Of a stretch of DNA of 64,000 nucleotides, positions 61,240 through 64,000 are shown piece by piece. The notes under the pieces are model-generated. The model saw only the letters and a program-made list of their open reading frames with translations. It searched no databases and was not told where the DNA came from. Source of the DNA: Cyanophora paradoxa CCMP329. Lineage: Eukaryota; Plantae; Glaucophyta. Position numbers and translations under genes: made by a program. The DNA lies in assembly GCA_004431415.1 (NCBI GenBank), contig QPMI01000010.1, forward strand, positions 62,001-126,000, given 5' to 3'. Positions within the stretch are counted from its first letter, which is position 1; each line of letters starts with the position of its first letter.

Positions 61240-61780
61240 CTAGCTAGTTGTGGCCAGCTTTCCGCGGCCGCGCGCGGCCGCGGCCGCCCCCCTCTCGATT
61301 CCTCTCCGCTCCATCCCTCCGCGTTCCATTCTCTCTTTTCCTTCATTACTTGATTGAAATTTAATCTGTGCTGACTTCTTATATTAATAAGAGCGCGATA
61401 TCGACACCGATAATCGGCATCGAGGCACTGGCGCAGTGGCTCATGATATCGATCATGATCGATTTCAGTCACTGAGTAGCTGCAGCTGTAGGCAGTAAAT
61501 TAAATTAAACGTGGCGCAACTATAGCTAGCTATAGTAGCTATATATAGCCTAGTAGCATGCGCAACTAGGCCTCCTCCTAGGCCTCGCGCGTACGTATAC
61601 GGGCGCCGCAGCTGCAGCGTCGCAGCCACTGGGCCAGGCCGGATCCCGGTCGGAGTCTACATCAGCCGCTAGAGCTGAGCGCCGGCGCCGGCGCCGCGGC
61701 GCGATCAAATCTGGCCCCAGTGGAGCTCGAGTTGCGTGCACCCCTCCGCACTTCCTTCCCCCCAGACCTTTTTTTCTCCG

Positions 61781-64000
61781 ATGTGGGCGAGGTCCCTGGG
61801 CCGCCTGGTGGGCCGCCTCGCTCGCGTGTGCCTCGCCTGCGCTCATCGGCGATCAGGTTGGCGCGGGACAGCGGTCGGTCAGCGGCATCTCGGCGAAGCA
61901 ATGGCGGCTCGGTGCGCCGTGCCGTCCGGCGGGAAGCGCGCTCTTTTCGCGACGCCTCTCGCAGGCCTCGTGTTTCCTGAGAACGCCCGGCGGCCGGAGC
62001 CGCGGCTAGTGCCGTCGAAGGCGAGAGCGGGCGATGGCGTGACGCCCGCGGCGGCCGGCAGCGCACAGGCGGCCGCTGCTTCGGCAACGAGCGTAGAGCC
62101 CGGGACGATCGCGGCGCCTCCCAAGGAGCCGCGGGTCCTCACCGTGTACTCGACGAAGCAGCGCGCGGTGCGCTGCCCGCTGCAGCCGCCAGCGCGTGCC
62201 GCAAAGCTAACGGGAATCGACGCGCAGTGCGAACTGACGGAGGAGGACGCGGGAAAGATCTTCAGGATACGGGACTACAAGAAGGCGTTTCCCGAGGGCA
62301 TCGCCGGCAAGGTTGATTTCGAGGTGCGGGCGGGCGGCAGGCGGCGGGCGGCGGGCGCCTTGCGGCCCGCAGCGGCGCCTGAGCTGTCTGCGCAGAACGA
62401 ATCCGACCTTGGCATCATGCACCGGCGGGAGGCGATCGAGATCTTTGACGCGTTGCGCGAGGTGGACAAGGAGGTCCGGGCCGGCAAGCCTTCGAGCAAG
62501 CCCGGGTTCTGCCTGAGTGCGTTCGCCTGAGCGACGCCTAGAGCGCCTGCCCGCATCGCCGCGCAGCGCTCACGCGCCCCGCCGCGCTCAGCCGGCTCGC
62601 GCGGGATGGGTAAGAGCTACATCCTGAACAGTGTGGTCCAGGCCGCTTCCGACCTGGGCTGGTTCGTCATCTTCATCCCGGAGGGTGCGCGGCCCCCGGC
62701 GCGTTCTCCCGTTTCCGGTCCCCGCCGGATTCGAACCCGCCCTCGCAGTGTTCAAGCTTACGGAGGGGCGGTACGCCATGCAGCACTCACCCACCCGCGA
62801 GGGCCTCTGGGACATTCCCGAGATCTCCCAGGCAGGCCCCGCCCCCTTCTTCCATCCCTTCGCTCCGCGTACCCCCCTGACCTCCCCCGTCCCAAAAAAA
62901 AGATGTTCCTGAAGGGTATCGAGGCCCGGAACAAGGAGCTCCTTTCCAAGACGAAGCGTACCCTGGAGTGGCCCTACGGAGACATTGAAGACAACCTGCT
63001 GGGGTACACCCGCCTCGGCATCGAGGAGGTCGAGGTCCGCGCAGAGCGATACCCCCCTCCGCCGTACCCCGGACCCGTTCCGACTCTGCCCCCAGGCCGC
63101 GCCCGAGGCCCTCTTGTTCCTCCTGGACGAGATTAGGGCCCTCAAGGAGTGCGTACCCCCGCAGCCGTTGCCTTTTTTCCCGAATTGACGTACCCCCCGC
63201 GCACCTGCAGTGTCCCCGTCCTGCTCGCCATCGACCAGTACAACGCTTTCTACGCGATGTGCAAGGGGTACATGGACGAGGCACGCGCCATTCCTCCCCC
63301 CCTCCATTTCAGTCCGTACCCCCTTGACCCGCGTGAGGGCAGGAGGGGAAGCACCTCCCCCCCCACATCTTCACGTGCTTCCGTCCCTTCGTTCGCTTCC
63401 CGGACGCCTCCATCGTGCGCCCCCGCCCCGCCCGGCTCGGCGGGCCCGCAATCCATTCCAGATCTCCAAGGCTTAGCGCAGCCTGGCCTGACCCCGCTCG
63501 CTTTGATGCGCAGAAGCAGGGCATGATGATCATCGCGACCTCCGAGGGCTGGATGGTGCGCGGCTCGCTTTTATCTATCGAGAAGCGGGCAGAGATGGGA
63601 GGGGCGGTGCTAGAAAAAAAGGAGCTGGGCGGGCAGGAGTCGGCGTGTGAGGGCAGGCCGTCGGCTCGACGCGCCCCGAGCGATTTCGATTCGCATTAGA
63701 ATCAGATTCGAGTTCGCCCCGTCCGACGCACGCCCCGCCGCCGATAAGTCTAAGAAGATCCAGGCACGAGGGGCTAAGAAAAGAAAAAGGCTGGAAGCGC
63801 CGATGATCAGTGAGTCACAACAGTTCGATAGACTGACTAACTGACTAGTGTTTCTGGTCCGGGCAGCAAGTTTTCATTTCGATTTCCATTGACTGGCGCC
63901 GCCCTGCTCCCGGACGCAGTGGCACAAGTCGCAGACGATCCGGGAGGCCCTCCTCGACTCGCCCCTCGCCCGCGAGGTTACGACCCTCACCCGCACCGAG
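61781..64000 (+). CDS. DAP3: Mitochondrial ribosomal protein mS29 (DAP3), probably runs off window
   Basis: Arg-rich presequence; P-loop GSRGMGKSYIL, LGWFVIFIPE, LWDIPEISQ, VPVLLAIDQYNAFY. Confidence 0.85.

Overview
GC-rich eukaryotic nuclear DNA with dense short GT-AG and GC-AG introns. The style resembles a glaucophyte such as Cyanophora; this is an inference, not established. Left to right: (1) the 3' part of an apparently intact tyrosine-recombinase retrotransposon (gag tail, RT/RNaseH, YR) ending in identical split direct repeats; (2) several MITEs, one with an 8-bp TSD; (3) a ricin-B-like lectin gene; (4) a chimeric gene with three chromo-shadow-like domains fused to an F-box/LRR protein; (5) a TM-RING gene head-to-head with TcdA; (6) a small membrane protein and a RING-H2 gene; (7) a ~20-kb sacsin-like gene ending in a BTB domain; (8) a second F-box/LRR gene head-to-head with a TPR-GT41 (OGT-like) gene that carries an apparent signal peptide; (9) DAP3/mS29. 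The most striking feature is a ~5.1-kb two-gene cassette (coiled-coil/acidic protein plus BAH-domain protein, no recognisable transposase) that interrupts a conserved sacsin motif. Splice sites near its own ends would remove it as an in-frame intron. All exon models were assembled by eye and are approximate.
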